Below are positions 1 to 10,400 of a DNA stretch of 64,000 nucleotides, piece after piece (positions within the stretch are counted from its first letter, which is position 1; each line of letters begins with the position of its first letter). This DNA comes from Flavobacteriales bacterium (GTDB lineage: Bacteria; Bacteroidota; Bacteroidia; Flavobacteriales_F; PHOS-HE28): positions 16,605-80,604 of the forward strand of contig JBIIYP010000013.1 in the NCBI GenBank assembly GCA_044346705.1, given 5' to 3'. The notes beneath the pieces are model-generated. The model worked only from the letters and a program-made list of their open reading frames with translations. It was not told the DNA's origin and did not search any database. A program made the position numbers and the translations under genes.

Positions 1-86
1 CACGCGGTCTGGCTCACGGTGGAGCGTATCCTTCCTACAGCACGCGCTCGTCTGATGCAGATCCGGGACCTGACGCCCTGAACCCG

Positions 87-452
87 TCACAACCCCAGCT
101 CCACGACCGGGTCCCAAAAGCGCTTCGCGAAGTCGAGCACCTGGTCGTCCCTCACCTTCACGCCTTCCTTCTCCAGCAGTTCCTGCATGCGGGTCTCCGT
201 GGCGAAGTGGTGCTTGCCGGTGAGCAGGCCGTTGCGGTTCACCACGCGGTGCGCGGGCACTTTCGGCTTCACAGCGTGCGCGTTGTTCATGCAGTACCCC
301 ACGATCCGGCTGCTGCGCGTGGCACCGAGGTAGCGCGCAATAGCGCCGTAGCTCGTCACCCTTCCCTTGGGGATCTCGCGCACCACGGCCATCACGTCGG
401 CGAAGAAGTCGCGTTGTTGGATGGCACCGTTGATGAGCTGGTTCTTTGCCAT
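87..452 (-). CDS. Alkyltransferase-like (ATL) protein. MGMT/Ogt DNA-binding domain with the reactive Cys replaced (PAHR instead of PCHR). The ATG at 452 is preferred over the GTG at 482.
   Basis: The ORF translation has ...REIPKGRVTSYGAIARYLG...VPAHRVVNRNG, matching the MGMT C-terminal helix-turn-helix and active-site loop but lacking Cys. Its start codon is 3 nt from the stop of the upstream gene. Confidence 0.7.
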   Translation of the reverse strand: MAKNQLINGAIQQRDFFADVMAVVREIPKGRVTSYGAIARYLGATRSSRIVGYCMNNAHAVKPKVPAHRVVNRNGLLTGKHHFATETRMQELLEKEGVKVRDDQVLDFAKRFWDPVVELGL

Positions 453-454
453 GC

Positions 455-937
455 TCACTGTGCCTTGCGCGCGGCCAACCACACCAGGAAGCGCTGTTCA
501 GCCTCAGCATCCGGGAAGGCCGACTTGTCCAGAATGATCATCTGGCCAGCGGTCAGGTAGAGCAGGTGGCGTCCATCGATCTCCATGGTGCGCTGGATGT
601 AGGACCAGGGGATCTCGCTATGTCCGCCGCCCGGTGTGGTGCCCACGAGCTTCTCGGGATCCAGCACGAAACGGCGCTCCTCGAAGATCCGCTGGTTGTC
701 CTTGCGGTGCGCCCAAGCGTAGAGCCACACGAGCATGATCAGCGGCCAGGCAAGGCTGAAAAAGGTGATGAAGGTGTGCAGGGGCTCGCCGTCCCACGTG
801 AAGAGGTAGAAAAAGCCCATGAGGATCAGCAGCCCGTAAAGCCACCCGCTCTTCCGCAGTTTCAGACGCACGATGAGCCGGAAGTAGCTCATGGGTGTCA
901 GCTGCATCGGGCGCAGCGTGATGGCTTCGGTGCTCAT
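455..937 (-). CDS. YcxB-like small membrane protein (two TM helices plus a PH-like C-terminal region)
   Basis: The ORF 455..985 has an internal ATG at 937 (MSTEAITL...). The hydrophobic stretch is LYGLLILMGFFYLFTW...LAWPLIMLVWLYAWA. Confidence 0.45.
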   Translation of the reverse strand: MSTEAITLRPMQLTPMSYFRLIVRLKLRKSGWLYGLLILMGFFYLFTWDGEPLHTFITFFSLAWPLIMLVWLYAWAHRKDNQRIFEERRFVLDPEKLVGTTPGGGHSEIPWSYIQRTMEIDGRHLLYLTAGQMIILDKSAFPDAEAEQRFLVWLAARKAQ

Positions 938-945
938 GGCAAGGC

Positions 946-1126
946 GAACCGAACGTAGTGGATCTTCCGCCCTTCGGTCAACCACATCTGCTCGTAGAAA
1001 GTGCGGATGTTGAGCACGTCCTGTTCGGCGGGTAACACGCGGTTGACGAGGTCCGCATAGACGTCATCGCTCTTCTCCAGAACCGGCAACTTGTGCTCGG
1101 CGTTCTGCTCCAGCGTGTATGCATAG
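946..1126 (-). pseudogene. Duplicated 3' fragment of trmB. About 181 bp, ~93% identical to 4306..4487, with a divergent last 3-5 codons.
   Basis: Direct nucleotide comparison of 946-1126 with 4306-4487. The translated fragment ...LEQNAEHKLPVLEKSDDVYADLVNRVLPAEQDVLNIRTFYEQMWLTEGRKIHYVRFALP matches the TrmB C-terminus. Confidence 0.85.
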
Positions 1127-1222
1127 CGAAGTCGCGTTCGTGACCGGCACTGTGGAGGAGGGTCCGTTCGGGCATGCGGCATTGTAAGGGCGAAGATCGC
1201 TCTTGTCATCACGCAAGCTAAT

Positions 1223-1918
1223 TTGTGCCGCATGGCCGCCATCCCCGAGATACGCCTTGCCGTTGATGCCATCGTGTTCGGCTACAAGAGCGGCGAATTG
1301 CTCGTGCTGTTGATCAAGCGGCGCTTCGGATCGACCAAAGGTTCATGGGCGTTGCCCGGAGGATTCGTGCTGAAACACGAAGGGCTCACCACCGCCGTCC
1401 ACCGCGAGCTGAAGGAAGAGACCGGCATCACGGTGAGCTGGATGGAGCAGCTCTACACCTTCGGCGATGATGTGCATCGGGATCCACGAAGCCGTGTGAT
1501 CTCCGTGGCCTACTTCGCGCTTGTCTGCCCTTCCACCCTGGAGCCTCAAGCGAACACGGACGCATCGGATGCCCAATGGTTCCCCTTGGAGCACATGCCA
1601 CCCCTCGCGTTCGACCATTCCGTGATCGTTAGCACCGCCCTCTCGCGCTTGCGTGCGAAGCTCTCCTATCAACCCGTTGGGTTCGAACTCCTGGACAAGG
1701 AATTCCCCTTCTCGGATCTGGAGACCTTGTACTCCACCATACTGGAACGCCCATTGGACCGTCGCAACTTCCGGAAGAAGTTCATGACCCTGGGCCTGTT
1801 GAAGTCCACGGGGAGAATTCGTCGACTTGGCGGCGGAAGGCCCGCACAGCTCTTCCGGTTCGACAGGCGCAAGTACGAGCAGCTTCAGCGGAAGGGCATT
1901 CTGCTTGACCTGACATAG
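1223..1918 (+). CDS. nrtR: NrtR-type regulator: N-terminal Nudix hydrolase domain plus C-terminal winged-helix domain (predicted NAD-salvage repressor)
   Basis: A Nudix box-like region (GGFVLKHEGLTTAVHRELKEETGI) is followed by a ~90-aa C-terminal domain. It sits immediately upstream of prs-nadV, the canonical NrtR regulon context. Confidence 0.65.
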   Translation: MCRMAAIPEIRLAVDAIVFGYKSGELLVLLIKRRFGSTKGSWALPGGFVLKHEGLTTAVHRELKEETGITVSWMEQLYTFGDDVHRDPRSRVISVAYFALVCPSTLEPQANTDASDAQWFPLEHMPPLAFDHSVIVSTALSRLRAKLSYQPVGFELLDKEFPFSDLETLYSTILERPLDRRNFRKKFMTLGLLKSTGRIRRLGGGRPAQLFRFDRRKYEQLQRKGILLDLT

Positions 1919-1976
1919 GACACCTCGATTTGCAAGATCCAAAGAAGTTCTCCATATTTGCGTATATTTTACACAA

Positions 1977-2816
1977 ATGGAGCTTCGACTGGACCCCACC
2001 TTCGATGTCCGCAGCGGTCGTCGGACGGTGCGCTTCGATTCTTCGGTATTCCCCGGTGGGGAACCGCACATACGGATACTCGAAGAGCTCGTCAGTGATG
2101 ATGAAGTGCTCGTCACCCACCGCATCAACTCCTTCAACGACCTCGGCCTCCTCTTGATCGCCATCGACGCCTTACGCCGCATGCGGATCAAGGCCGTTCG
2201 GGCAGTGATCCCCTACTTTCCGGCAGCGCGCCAGGACCGCGTGATGACACGGGGTGAAGCGCTCACCAGTAAAGTCTACGCGGAACTGATCAACGACCTC
2301 GGTCTCGATGAGGTGGTCATCTTCGACCCACACTCCGAAGTGGTGCCGGCGTTGCTTGATCATTGCACCGTGCTACAGAACCATGGATTCATCGCTCAAG
2401 TGCGGAAGCGGCTCCCAACCCCCCCCTTGCTCGTATCACCGGATGCTGGTGCGTTGAAGAAGATCCACGGGTTGGCCAAAACACTCGGCGACATGCGCGT
2501 GCTGGAATGTGGCAAGAACCGGGACGTGCGCACGGGCGCGTTGTCCGGCTTCACCGTGCCTAACGTGGACCTGGGTGGTCAACCCTGCTTGATCGTGGAC
2601 GATATCTGCGATGGAGGGGGCACTTTCCTGGGCCTCGCTGATGCCCTTCGCCTGCAGAACTCGGGACCCTTGTATCTGGCGGTAAGCCATGGCATCTTCA
2701 GCAAGGGCACCACAGCGCTGCTGCAAAAGTTCGATCGCTTGTTCACGACGGACTCCATTCGTTCAACGGAAGAGATCGGTGTGGAACGCATCGGTCTGGC
2801 CGACTTCATCCACTGA
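1977..2816 (+). CDS. prs: Ribose-phosphate pyrophosphokinase-like protein (NadV-associated Prs paralogue)
   Basis: PRPP-synthetase-like motifs are present (VSPDAGALKK..., DDICDGGGT). It is paired with nadV. Confidence 0.65.
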   Translation: MELRLDPTFDVRSGRRTVRFDSSVFPGGEPHIRILEELVSDDEVLVTHRINSFNDLGLLLIAIDALRRMRIKAVRAVIPYFPAARQDRVMTRGEALTSKVYAELINDLGLDEVVIFDPHSEVVPALLDHCTVLQNHGFIAQVRKRLPTPPLLVSPDAGALKKIHGLAKTLGDMRVLECGKNRDVRTGALSGFTVPNVDLGGQPCLIVDDICDGGGTFLGLADALRLQNSGPLYLAVSHGIFSKGTTALLQKFDRLFTTDSIRSTEEIGVERIGLADFIH

Positions 2817-2827
2817 ATACCATACGC

Positions 2828-4285
2828 ATGAACTCCCTGCTCAACACCGATGGGTACAAAGTGGATCACCGGCGGCAGTATCCGTCCGGCACCACGCTGG
2901 TCTATTCCAATTGGACACCGCGCAGATCACGCATACCCGGGATCGATGAAGTGGTCTTCTTCGGCCTTCAGTACTTCATCAAGCGCTATCTCATCGAGGA
3001 TTTTCAGGTGAACTTCTTCGCCCGGCCCAAGGAGGAGGTGGTCCGCTCCTACAAAAGGAGGATCGATACATACCTCGGTCCGAACTCCGTCGGTATCGCG
3101 CACATCGCCGCACTGCACGACCTCCGTTACCTTCCGATGGTGATCAAGGCACTCCCAGAGGGTTCATCAGTTCCGTTGCGCGTCCCGATGTGTACGATGT
3201 ACAACACGAAACCCGAGTTCTTCTGGCTGACCAACTACTTCGAGACCCTTCTTTCCACGACCCTCTGGTTACCGTGCAACTCGGCCACCGTCGCGCGCGC
3301 GTACAGGAAGAAACTCGATCACTACGCGGCTTCAACATCTTCATCAGAGGGTTTCGTCGACTGGCAGGCGCACGACTTCTCCATGCGCGGCATGGGCGGT
3401 GCCGAAGCTGCGATGCTATCCGGGGCGGGTCATCTGTTGAGCTTCTATGGCACGGACACCATACCGGCCATCGAATTCCTGGAGCAGTATTACAACGCGA
3501 ATGCCGAGAAGGAGACCATTGGTGGCTCGGTGGCAGCGACCGAACACTCCGTGATGTGCATGGGCACGGATACCGGTGAGCAGGACACCTTCGAGCGCTT
3601 GATCACGGAGATCTACCCGGGCGGGATCGTGTCCGTGGTTTCAGATACATGGGACCTGTGGAAGGTGCTCACGGAATATCTGCCCAATTTGAAGGATATA
3701 GTGCTTGCTCGTGACGGGAAACTCGTCGTACGTCCGGATAGCGGCGACCCTGCTGACATCCTCTGCGGTGACCCCAACGCTCCAGAAGGTCCGGCACACG
3801 AAGGCGTGATCCGATCACTTTGGAACACGTTCGGCGGTACGACCAATGCCAAGGGCTACCGTGAACTCGATGGCCACATCGGCGCGATCTACGGCGACAG
3901 CATCTCCCTGGATCGTGCCGAGGAGATCTGTAGCAGGCTAATGGCCAATGGATATGCGTCTACGAACGTGGTGCTTGGCATCGGGTCCTATACCTACCAA
4001 TACAACACTCGTGATACGTTCGGCTTTGCGATGAAAGCCACGTATGGTGAGGTGAACGGTTCAGGCCGTGCGATCTTCAAAGATCCGATCACGGATGATG
4101 GCACCAAGCGGTCAGCAAAGGGATTAATGAAGATCACCAAACAGAACGGTCGCTTCGTACTTCAAGAACAAGTCAGCTGGAACGAAGAGCGCGAAGGGGA
4201 ATTGTGCGAAGTGTTCAGGGATGGACGCTTGCTGATCGATGACAGCCTGAACGCCATACGGCAGCGGATCAGGAACCACGCCTGA
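2828..4285 (+). CDS. nadV: Nicotinamide phosphoribosyltransferase (NAMPT/NadV)
   Basis: The N-terminus is LLNTDGYKVDH..., length 485 aa, with the NAPRTase-family fold motif. Its stop lies 3 bp from the trmB stop (convergent). Confidence 0.8.
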   Translation: MNSLLNTDGYKVDHRRQYPSGTTLVYSNWTPRRSRIPGIDEVVFFGLQYFIKRYLIEDFQVNFFARPKEEVVRSYKRRIDTYLGPNSVGIAHIAALHDLRYLPMVIKALPEGSSVPLRVPMCTMYNTKPEFFWLTNYFETLLSTTLWLPCNSATVARAYRKKLDHYAASTSSSEGFVDWQAHDFSMRGMGGAEAAMLSGAGHLLSFYGTDTIPAIEFLEQYYNANAEKETIGGSVAATEHSVMCMGTDTGEQDTFERLITEIYPGGIVSVVSDTWDLWKVLTEYLPNLKDIVLARDGKLVVRPDSGDPADILCGDPNAPEGPAHEGVIRSLWNTFGGTTNAKGYRELDGHIGAIYGDSISLDRAEEICSRLMANGYASTNVVLGIGSYTYQYNTRDTFGFAMKATYGEVNGSGRAIFKDPITDDGTKRSAKGLMKITKQNGRFVLQEQVSWNEEREGELCEVFRDGRLLIDDSLNAIRQRIRNHA

Positions 4286-4288
4286 ACT

Positions 4289-4975
4289 TCACATGGGATC
4301 GATCCCGAACCGAACATAATGGATCTTCCGCCCTTCGGTCAGCCACATCTGCTCGTAGAAAGTGCGGATGTTGAGCACGTCCTGTTCGGCGGGTGACACG
4401 CGGTTGACGAGGTCCGCATAGACGTCATCGCTCTTCTCCAGAACCGGCAACTTGTGCTCGGCGATCTGCTCCAAGGTGTATTCATAGAGCAGCGGGCTGT
4501 CGGTCTTCAGGTGGATGAGGCCACCGGGCTTGAGCACCTCCTTGTAGCGCGCCAGGAACAAGGGGCTGGTGAGGCGCTTGCGGGCCTTGCCGATCTGCGG
4601 GTCGCTGAAGGTGAGCCAGATCTCGCCGACCTCGTGCGTGCCGAAACAACGAAGGAGATGATCGACGTGGGTGCGAACGAAACCGACGTTGTGCAGCCCG
4701 AGCTCCTTGGCCGTCCTGGCACCGCGCCAGATCCGCGCGCCCTTGATGTCCACCCCGATGTAGTTCTTCTCCGGCTCCAGCTGCGCCAGGCCCACGGTGT
4801 ACTCGCCGCCCCCACAGCCCAGCTCAAGCACCAGCGGGGCTTCGCGATGGAAGAAACCGCTGTTCCACTTCCCCTTGAACTTCAGGTCCGCAGCCTGCAG
4901 CTCCGTGAAGGTGGGTTGCACCACGTGTTCGTACGTGGCATTGTCAGCAAAGCGGCTGAGTTTGTTCTTCCCCAT
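4289..4975 (-). CDS. trmB: tRNA (guanine46-N7)-methyltransferase
   Basis: It has the SAM-binding motif LELGCGGGEYTVGLA and the TrmB C-terminus. The start is taken at the internal ATG (MGKNKLSRFADN...) rather than the 5107 ORF start. Confidence 0.8.
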   Translation of the reverse strand: MGKNKLSRFADNATYEHVVQPTFTELQAADLKFKGKWNSGFFHREAPLVLELGCGGGEYTVGLAQLEPEKNYIGVDIKGARIWRGARTAKELGLHNVGFVRTHVDHLLRCFGTHEVGEIWLTFSDPQIGKARKRLTSPLFLARYKEVLKPGGLIHLKTDSPLLYEYTLEQIAEHKLPVLEKSDDVYADLVNRVSPAEQDVLNIRTFYEQMWLTEGRKIHYVRFGIDPM

Positions 4976-5053
4976 GGTGGTGCGCGAAAATAGACCACCG
5001 ATCTTCGCCCCACGCCTTCGCACTGTGCCCAGCAGCGCTTCGGCGGACGAAGC

Positions 5054-6124
5054 ATGCTCCGCAACGCCCGCATCCTCGTTGCACCCCTTGATTGGGGCCT
5101 GGGCCATGCCGCGCGCTGTGTGCCGGTGGTCCGTGCTTTACTGTCCGAAGGCGCCACGCCGATCCTGGGTGCGGACAAGGGTCCGCTGCAGCTGCTGCGG
5201 GCGGAGTTCCCCGAGCTGGAGCATGTGCGGATCCCCGGGATCAACATCCGCTACGGCAGCGGCAGCAGCCAGGTGTGGAGCATGGCGCGGCAGTTCCCGG
5301 CCATGTTGCGCAGCATCCGCGCGGAGCACGCCGTGTTCGAACGCTTGGAACGCGACCTTCGGCTCAACGCGGTGATCAGCGACCAACGCTTCGGTCTGCA
5401 TAGCGATCGCCTCCCCTGCGTGCTGATCACGCACCAGGTCTTCCCCTTCACGCCCCTCGCACAGGGCGCCATGCGCAAGGTGAACCTCCGCCACATCGGC
5501 CGCTTCGATCGCTGCTGGGTGATGGACGAGCCCACCGCACCGGGCCTTGCCGGCGATCTTTCGCACGGTCCGCGCATGCCTGCGAACGCCCGTTACATCG
5601 GTGCGGTAAGCCGGTTCACCATCGCGAAGAGCAGGCCGACCGAGGCTGCCTACCGCATCGTGGCGGTGATCAGCGGCCCCGAACCGCAGCGCACCCAACT
5701 GGAAGGCCTGCTGCTCGACCAGTTGCACCGCATCGACGGCCGGCACCTGTTGGTGCAAGGGCTACCGGCATCGCCTGGTGAGCGTGTCGCAGGAAATGTC
5801 CGCATCGTGAGCCACCTACCGGGCGAGGCCCTTTCCGCGGCCATGCAGCATGCCGAGCTCATTGTTTCGCGCAGCGGCTACACCACGTTGATGGACCTCG
5901 CGGCGATCCAAAGGTCCGCGTTGATCATTCCCACACCGGGACAGCCGGAGCAGGAATACCTCGGCGACCTGCACGCCCGCACCGGCCGTTTCCTCGTGCA
6001 AGGCCAAGAGGCCATCGACCTGGCGGCCGCGTTGACGTGGGCCCCGCCTGCAAGCGCACCGGTGATGGAAGCACCGCTTCTGGCACAGGCGTTGAAGGAC
6101 CTTGGCGACCTGCTCGGCCGTTGA
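5054..6124 (+). CDS. Glycosyltransferase, GT28/MurG-like C-terminal domain family
   Basis: A 356-aa protein with an N-terminal GxGH-like motif (DWGLGHAARC) and a C-terminal SRSGYTTLMDLAA...IIPTPGQPEQ, typical of the UDP-glycosyltransferase fold. Confidence 0.5.
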   Translation: MLRNARILVAPLDWGLGHAARCVPVVRALLSEGATPILGADKGPLQLLRAEFPELEHVRIPGINIRYGSGSSQVWSMARQFPAMLRSIRAEHAVFERLERDLRLNAVISDQRFGLHSDRLPCVLITHQVFPFTPLAQGAMRKVNLRHIGRFDRCWVMDEPTAPGLAGDLSHGPRMPANARYIGAVSRFTIAKSRPTEAAYRIVAVISGPEPQRTQLEGLLLDQLHRIDGRHLLVQGLPASPGERVAGNVRIVSHLPGEALSAAMQHAELIVSRSGYTTLMDLAAIQRSALIIPTPGQPEQEYLGDLHARTGRFLVQGQEAIDLAAALTWAPPASAPVMEAPLLAQALKDLGDLLGR

Positions 6125-6129
6125 GCCCG

Positions 6130-7389
6130 ATGCAGCTATTTTTGGTCACCATGTCTGTCCGCCCAGCGCTCTTCACGTTCGCCGTGTCCCTGCCCTTCCT
6201 GCTTTCCGCACAGGAGGATCTCGACAAGCAGCTGCTCGACCTGCAGGGGCGCTACGAAGCCCTGAGGCAACAGGAAGCGGCGCTTGCGCTCCCGATCGAG
6301 CAGGCCAAGCTGGCGATCCTTCGTCGCGACCTTGCCGCCATCGGACTTCCGGCCTTGACGGCGGGCGACCAGGTGATCACGCATCCCGGCCATGCGCTGG
6401 TGTACAGCGAAGCCCACGAAGTGCCGAAGTGGACCGCGCACATCGCCAGCACCGAGCTCATCCAAGGCAACCTCGCTCGCATCGACACCTTCCTCAAGGA
6501 CCCGCAGGTCTCCTCCGGAACGAGCACGGTGGAGGACTACTGGAACAGCGGCTTCGACCGGGGCCACATGGTGCCGAGCGCCGACATGCGCTGGAGCCTC
6601 GAAGCGTTGACCGCCACTTACCTCTACAGCAACATCGCACCGCAACGCCCCGAGTTCAACCGCGGTTCGTGGGGCGAACTGGAGGACTGGGTGCGGCGCA
6701 CCGTCCGCTATGGCAACGAACGCGTGTTCGTGGTCACGGGACCGGTGCTGCGCGATGGCCTGCCGAAGATGACCAACCCCGGGCACAAGAACGAGGTCAG
6801 CATCCCCGAGCTCTTCTACAAGGTGATCGCCGACCTCGATGGGGATGAGAAAAAAGCCATCGCCTTCGTGATGAAGAACGGCGTGAACGAATACCCCACC
6901 ATCAGCTACGCGGTGCCCATCGACAGCGTGGAGAAGCTCACCGGCCTCGACTTCTTCCCGGCCTTGGACGACGCCACGGAAGCACGGCTCGAGGCCCAGA
7001 GCGACCCGAAGGCCTGGTACCACGAAGGCGACCCCTTCTTCGGCGAGGTGGCACCGATGAAGGCTCCGCTGCCGAACGGCATGTTCAACACCGTACAGGC
7101 CAAGTACCACATCGGCAACAGCGCCACCATCTGCGGCACCGTCGTGAGCACGCGCCGCACCGCCAAGGCCAACGCCATCTACCTCAACCTGGACCGCGGC
7201 CACCCCAACCAGAACTTCTACGCCACCGTGTGGGACTACAACGGCCCCAACTTCCACTACGACCCGGAGACCTTCCTGGTGAACAAGCAGGTCTGCATCA
7301 CCGGCAAGCTGACGATGTACGACGAGATCCCGCGGATCAGCGTGAACAACGAGAACGCGATCATGCTCTGGGAGGAAGCGGTGAAGTAG
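6130..7389 (+). CDS. Secreted DNA/RNA non-specific endonuclease (NUC/EndoG family) with a C-terminal OB-fold-like domain
   Basis: It has the catalytic SGFDRGHMVPSADM (DRGH) motif. A signal peptide follows the internal ATG at 6130 (MQLFLVTMSVRPALFTFAVSLPFLLSA). Confidence 0.75.
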   Translation: MQLFLVTMSVRPALFTFAVSLPFLLSAQEDLDKQLLDLQGRYEALRQQEAALALPIEQAKLAILRRDLAAIGLPALTAGDQVITHPGHALVYSEAHEVPKWTAHIASTELIQGNLARIDTFLKDPQVSSGTSTVEDYWNSGFDRGHMVPSADMRWSLEALTATYLYSNIAPQRPEFNRGSWGELEDWVRRTVRYGNERVFVVTGPVLRDGLPKMTNPGHKNEVSIPELFYKVIADLDGDEKKAIAFVMKNGVNEYPTISYAVPIDSVEKLTGLDFFPALDDATEARLEAQSDPKAWYHEGDPFFGEVAPMKAPLPNGMFNTVQAKYHIGNSATICGTVVSTRRTAKANAIYLNLDRGHPNQNFYATVWDYNGPNFHYDPETFLVNKQVCITGKLTMYDEIPRISVNNENAIMLWEEAVK

Positions 7390-7404
7390 GCCGCCGGGGT
7401 ACCT

Positions 7405-10400
7405 TTGTGGCCCGCCATGGACAAGCTCCTTACTGCCACCGCCACACTGCTGATCACCCTGTTCCTTGGCGCCTGCGGCACCGGGGACAAAAGCGGGGAC
7501 AAGACCAGCAGCACCTCCGCAGGTCCCCTGATGCAGGTTGTGCCGGCCGAACGCTCGGGCATCACCTTCAACAACACCATCACCGAGAGCCCGGAGATGA
7601 ACTACTTCACCTACATCTACGCCTACAACGGCGGCGGTGTGGCAGCGGGCGACATCAACAACGACGGGCTCACCGACCTCTACTTCACCGGCAACCAGGT
7701 CCCGGACAAGCTCTACCTGAACAAGGGAGGCCTGAAGTTCGAGGACATCACCGAGCAGGCGATCGGAACGAAGGCGAAGGAAGGTTGGCGCACCGGGGTG
7801 AGCATGGCCGATGTGAACGGCGATGGCTGGCTGGACATCTACGTGTGCCGCAGCGGCCCCACGAGCGACACGGCGCTCACGCGCAACCTCTACTACCAGA
7901 ACAACGGCAACGGCACCTTCAGCGAGCGGGCCCATGCGCTCGGCATCGCCGATACCACGCACAGCACGCAGGCCGCCTTCTTCGATGCGGACAACGACGG
8001 CGACCTCGACCTGTACGTGATGAACCACCCGCCGGGCCGCAAGCTCGGCCTCAGCAACTTCGCCGCGCTGAAGGCGATCCAGGACCACACCGCACCCACC
8101 GATCGCTTCTATCGGAACGAAGGCGGGCGCTTCACCGAGTCCACCTACGCCGCCGACCTTCAGAACTACGCGTACAGCCTGGGGCTGGGCATCGCGGACA
8201 TCGACCAGGACGGGTGGAGCGACATCTACGAGGCCAACGACTTCGACGCGCCGGACCTGATGTACCTCAACCGCACCGACGGCACCTTCGGCGAGCGGTC
8301 GCAGTTCCGCACGCGCCACACGAGCAACTTCGGCATGGGCTGCGACATCGCGGACTACAACAACGATGGCCTGCCGGACATCATGGTGCTGGACATGACG
8401 GCGGACGACCACAAGCGCAACAAGACCAACATGGGCAGCATGAGCCCGGAGCGGTTCTGGGCCAACGTGCGCGGCGGTTACTTCTTCCAGTACATGGTGA
8501 ACACGCTGCAGCTCAACAACGGCAACGGCACCTTCAGCGAGGTGGCGCAGCTCGCCGGCGTGGCGCGCACGGACTGGAGCTGGGCACCGCTATTCGCCGA
8601 CCTGGACAACGACGGCTGGAAGGACCTGATGATCACCAACGGCTTCAAGCACGACGTGCGCAACAATGATTATGCGCGTGGTACCTACGACAAGTTGAAG
8701 ACGGGCGCCGACTTCTACGGCACGCTGGACCTGATCCCCAGCACCAAATTGCGCAACTACCTCTTCCGCAACAACGGCGACCTCACCTTCGCCGACAGCT
8801 CGCAGGCCTGGGGCTTCACTGTGCCCGAGAACAGCAATGGAGCGGCTTATGCGGACCTCGACAACGACGGCGACCTGGACCTGGTGATCAACAACCTCGA
8901 TGAGGTGGCCACCGTCCACGAGAACACTGCGACCAGCCGCTTCCCGGACCGCCACTGGTTGCGGCTGAAGCTGACCAGCGGCAAGAGCGCCGCGTTAGCG
9001 GCAAAGGCGTATGTGCGCCACAAGGGCAGCCTGCAATACCAGGAACTCTCCCCCGTGCGCGGCTACCAGAGCACTGTGGAACCGTACCTGCATTTCGGCC
9101 TCGGGAGCGCCAGTACCGTGGACACCCTCGAGGTGCGCTGGCCCAACGGCACCCACAGCCTGCTCACCGGGGTGAAGCCCGACCAACTGCTGACACTGGA
9201 CCAGAAGGACGGCAGACCGCTCCCCACCGCCCCGGCGGTCCAAACGCTCTTCACCGACGTTCGGAGTTCGCTGAACGCCGACATGGTTCACGTGGAGAAC
9301 GCGTACGATGACTTCGCGCTCGAAGTGCTGCTTCCCCACAAGCAGAGCGAACAGGGCCCCTTGCTCGCCACGGCCGATGTGAACGGCGATGGGCGCGAGG
9401 ACGTGTTCATGGGCGGCTCCTACGTGAAGCCCGCGTCGCTGTGGCTGCAGCGTGCCGATGGCGGATTCGAAGCGGCGCGTTCACAACCCTGGAAGCAATA
9501 CACCATGCAGGAGCAGTTGGGCGGCGTGTTCTTCGATGCGGACAAGGACGGTGACATGGACCTGGTTGTCCTCGCCGGCTCCAATGAAGCGGACCTGCGC
9601 GAGGCGGCTTACACGCAACGCCTCTACCTCAACGATGGCAAGGGCGCTTACCGTGAGGTGAAGGATGCCCTCTCCTTCGTGATGACCAGCGCGCACAGCG
9701 CGGCCGCATCGGACATCGATGGCGATGGCGACCAGGACCTGTTCATCGGCGGGCGACAGACACCGGCGCACTACCCGTTCGCACCACGCAGCTACCTGTT
9801 GATCAACGACGGCACCGGCAGGTTCACCGACGCCACCCAACAGCTGGCCCCTGCCGTGATGGGCCCCGGGATGGTGACCGGCGTACGCTTCGCGGACATG
9901 GACAACGACCGCGATCCGGACCTTGTGATCGCTGGGGAATGGATGGGCATCATGGTCCTGTTGAACGAAAAGGGCCACTTCCTCGATGCCACTGTACCTG
10001 CGGGCCTGCAGGGCATGAAAGGCTGGTGGAGCGCGCTGACCACCGCCGATGTGAACGGTGACGGGCGCATGGACATCATCGCCGGCAACCTGGGCTGGAA
10101 CAGTAAATTCCATGGTACCGCGGAACACCCGGTGCACATCTACTGGGCCGACTTCGACGACAACGGACGGCACGACATCGTGCTGGCCAAGGAGAAGGCC
10201 GGGAAGCAACTGCCCGTGCGCGGCCGCGAATGCAGCAGCCAGCAGTGCCCGCGGATCCTGCAACGCTTCCCCACGTACCAGCAATTCGCGGATGCCGATC
10301 TCACCGCCATCTATACGCCCGAGAAGCTCGCCGGATCGCTTCACTTGCAGGCCACCTGGATGCTCAGCACCGTGCTGCTATCCAACGCCGATGGCACCTT

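Noticed and set aside
480-482. Alternative upstream start for the ATL gene
   Set aside because: The codon at 482 is GTG. The ATG at 452 gives the conserved domain length and a compact junction with the upstream gene.
6136-8412. 758-aa minus-strand ORF antisense to the endonuclease and CRTAC1 genes
   Set aside because: Low-complexity Arg/Ala/Val/Gly-rich translation typical of antisense frames in ~65% GC DNA. The sense-strand genes have clear motifs.
7230-8669. 479-aa plus-strand ORF in an alternative frame of the CRTAC1 gene
   Set aside because: Arg/Gly/His/Pro-rich composition. The overlapping frame carries FG-GAP and ASPIC motifs.
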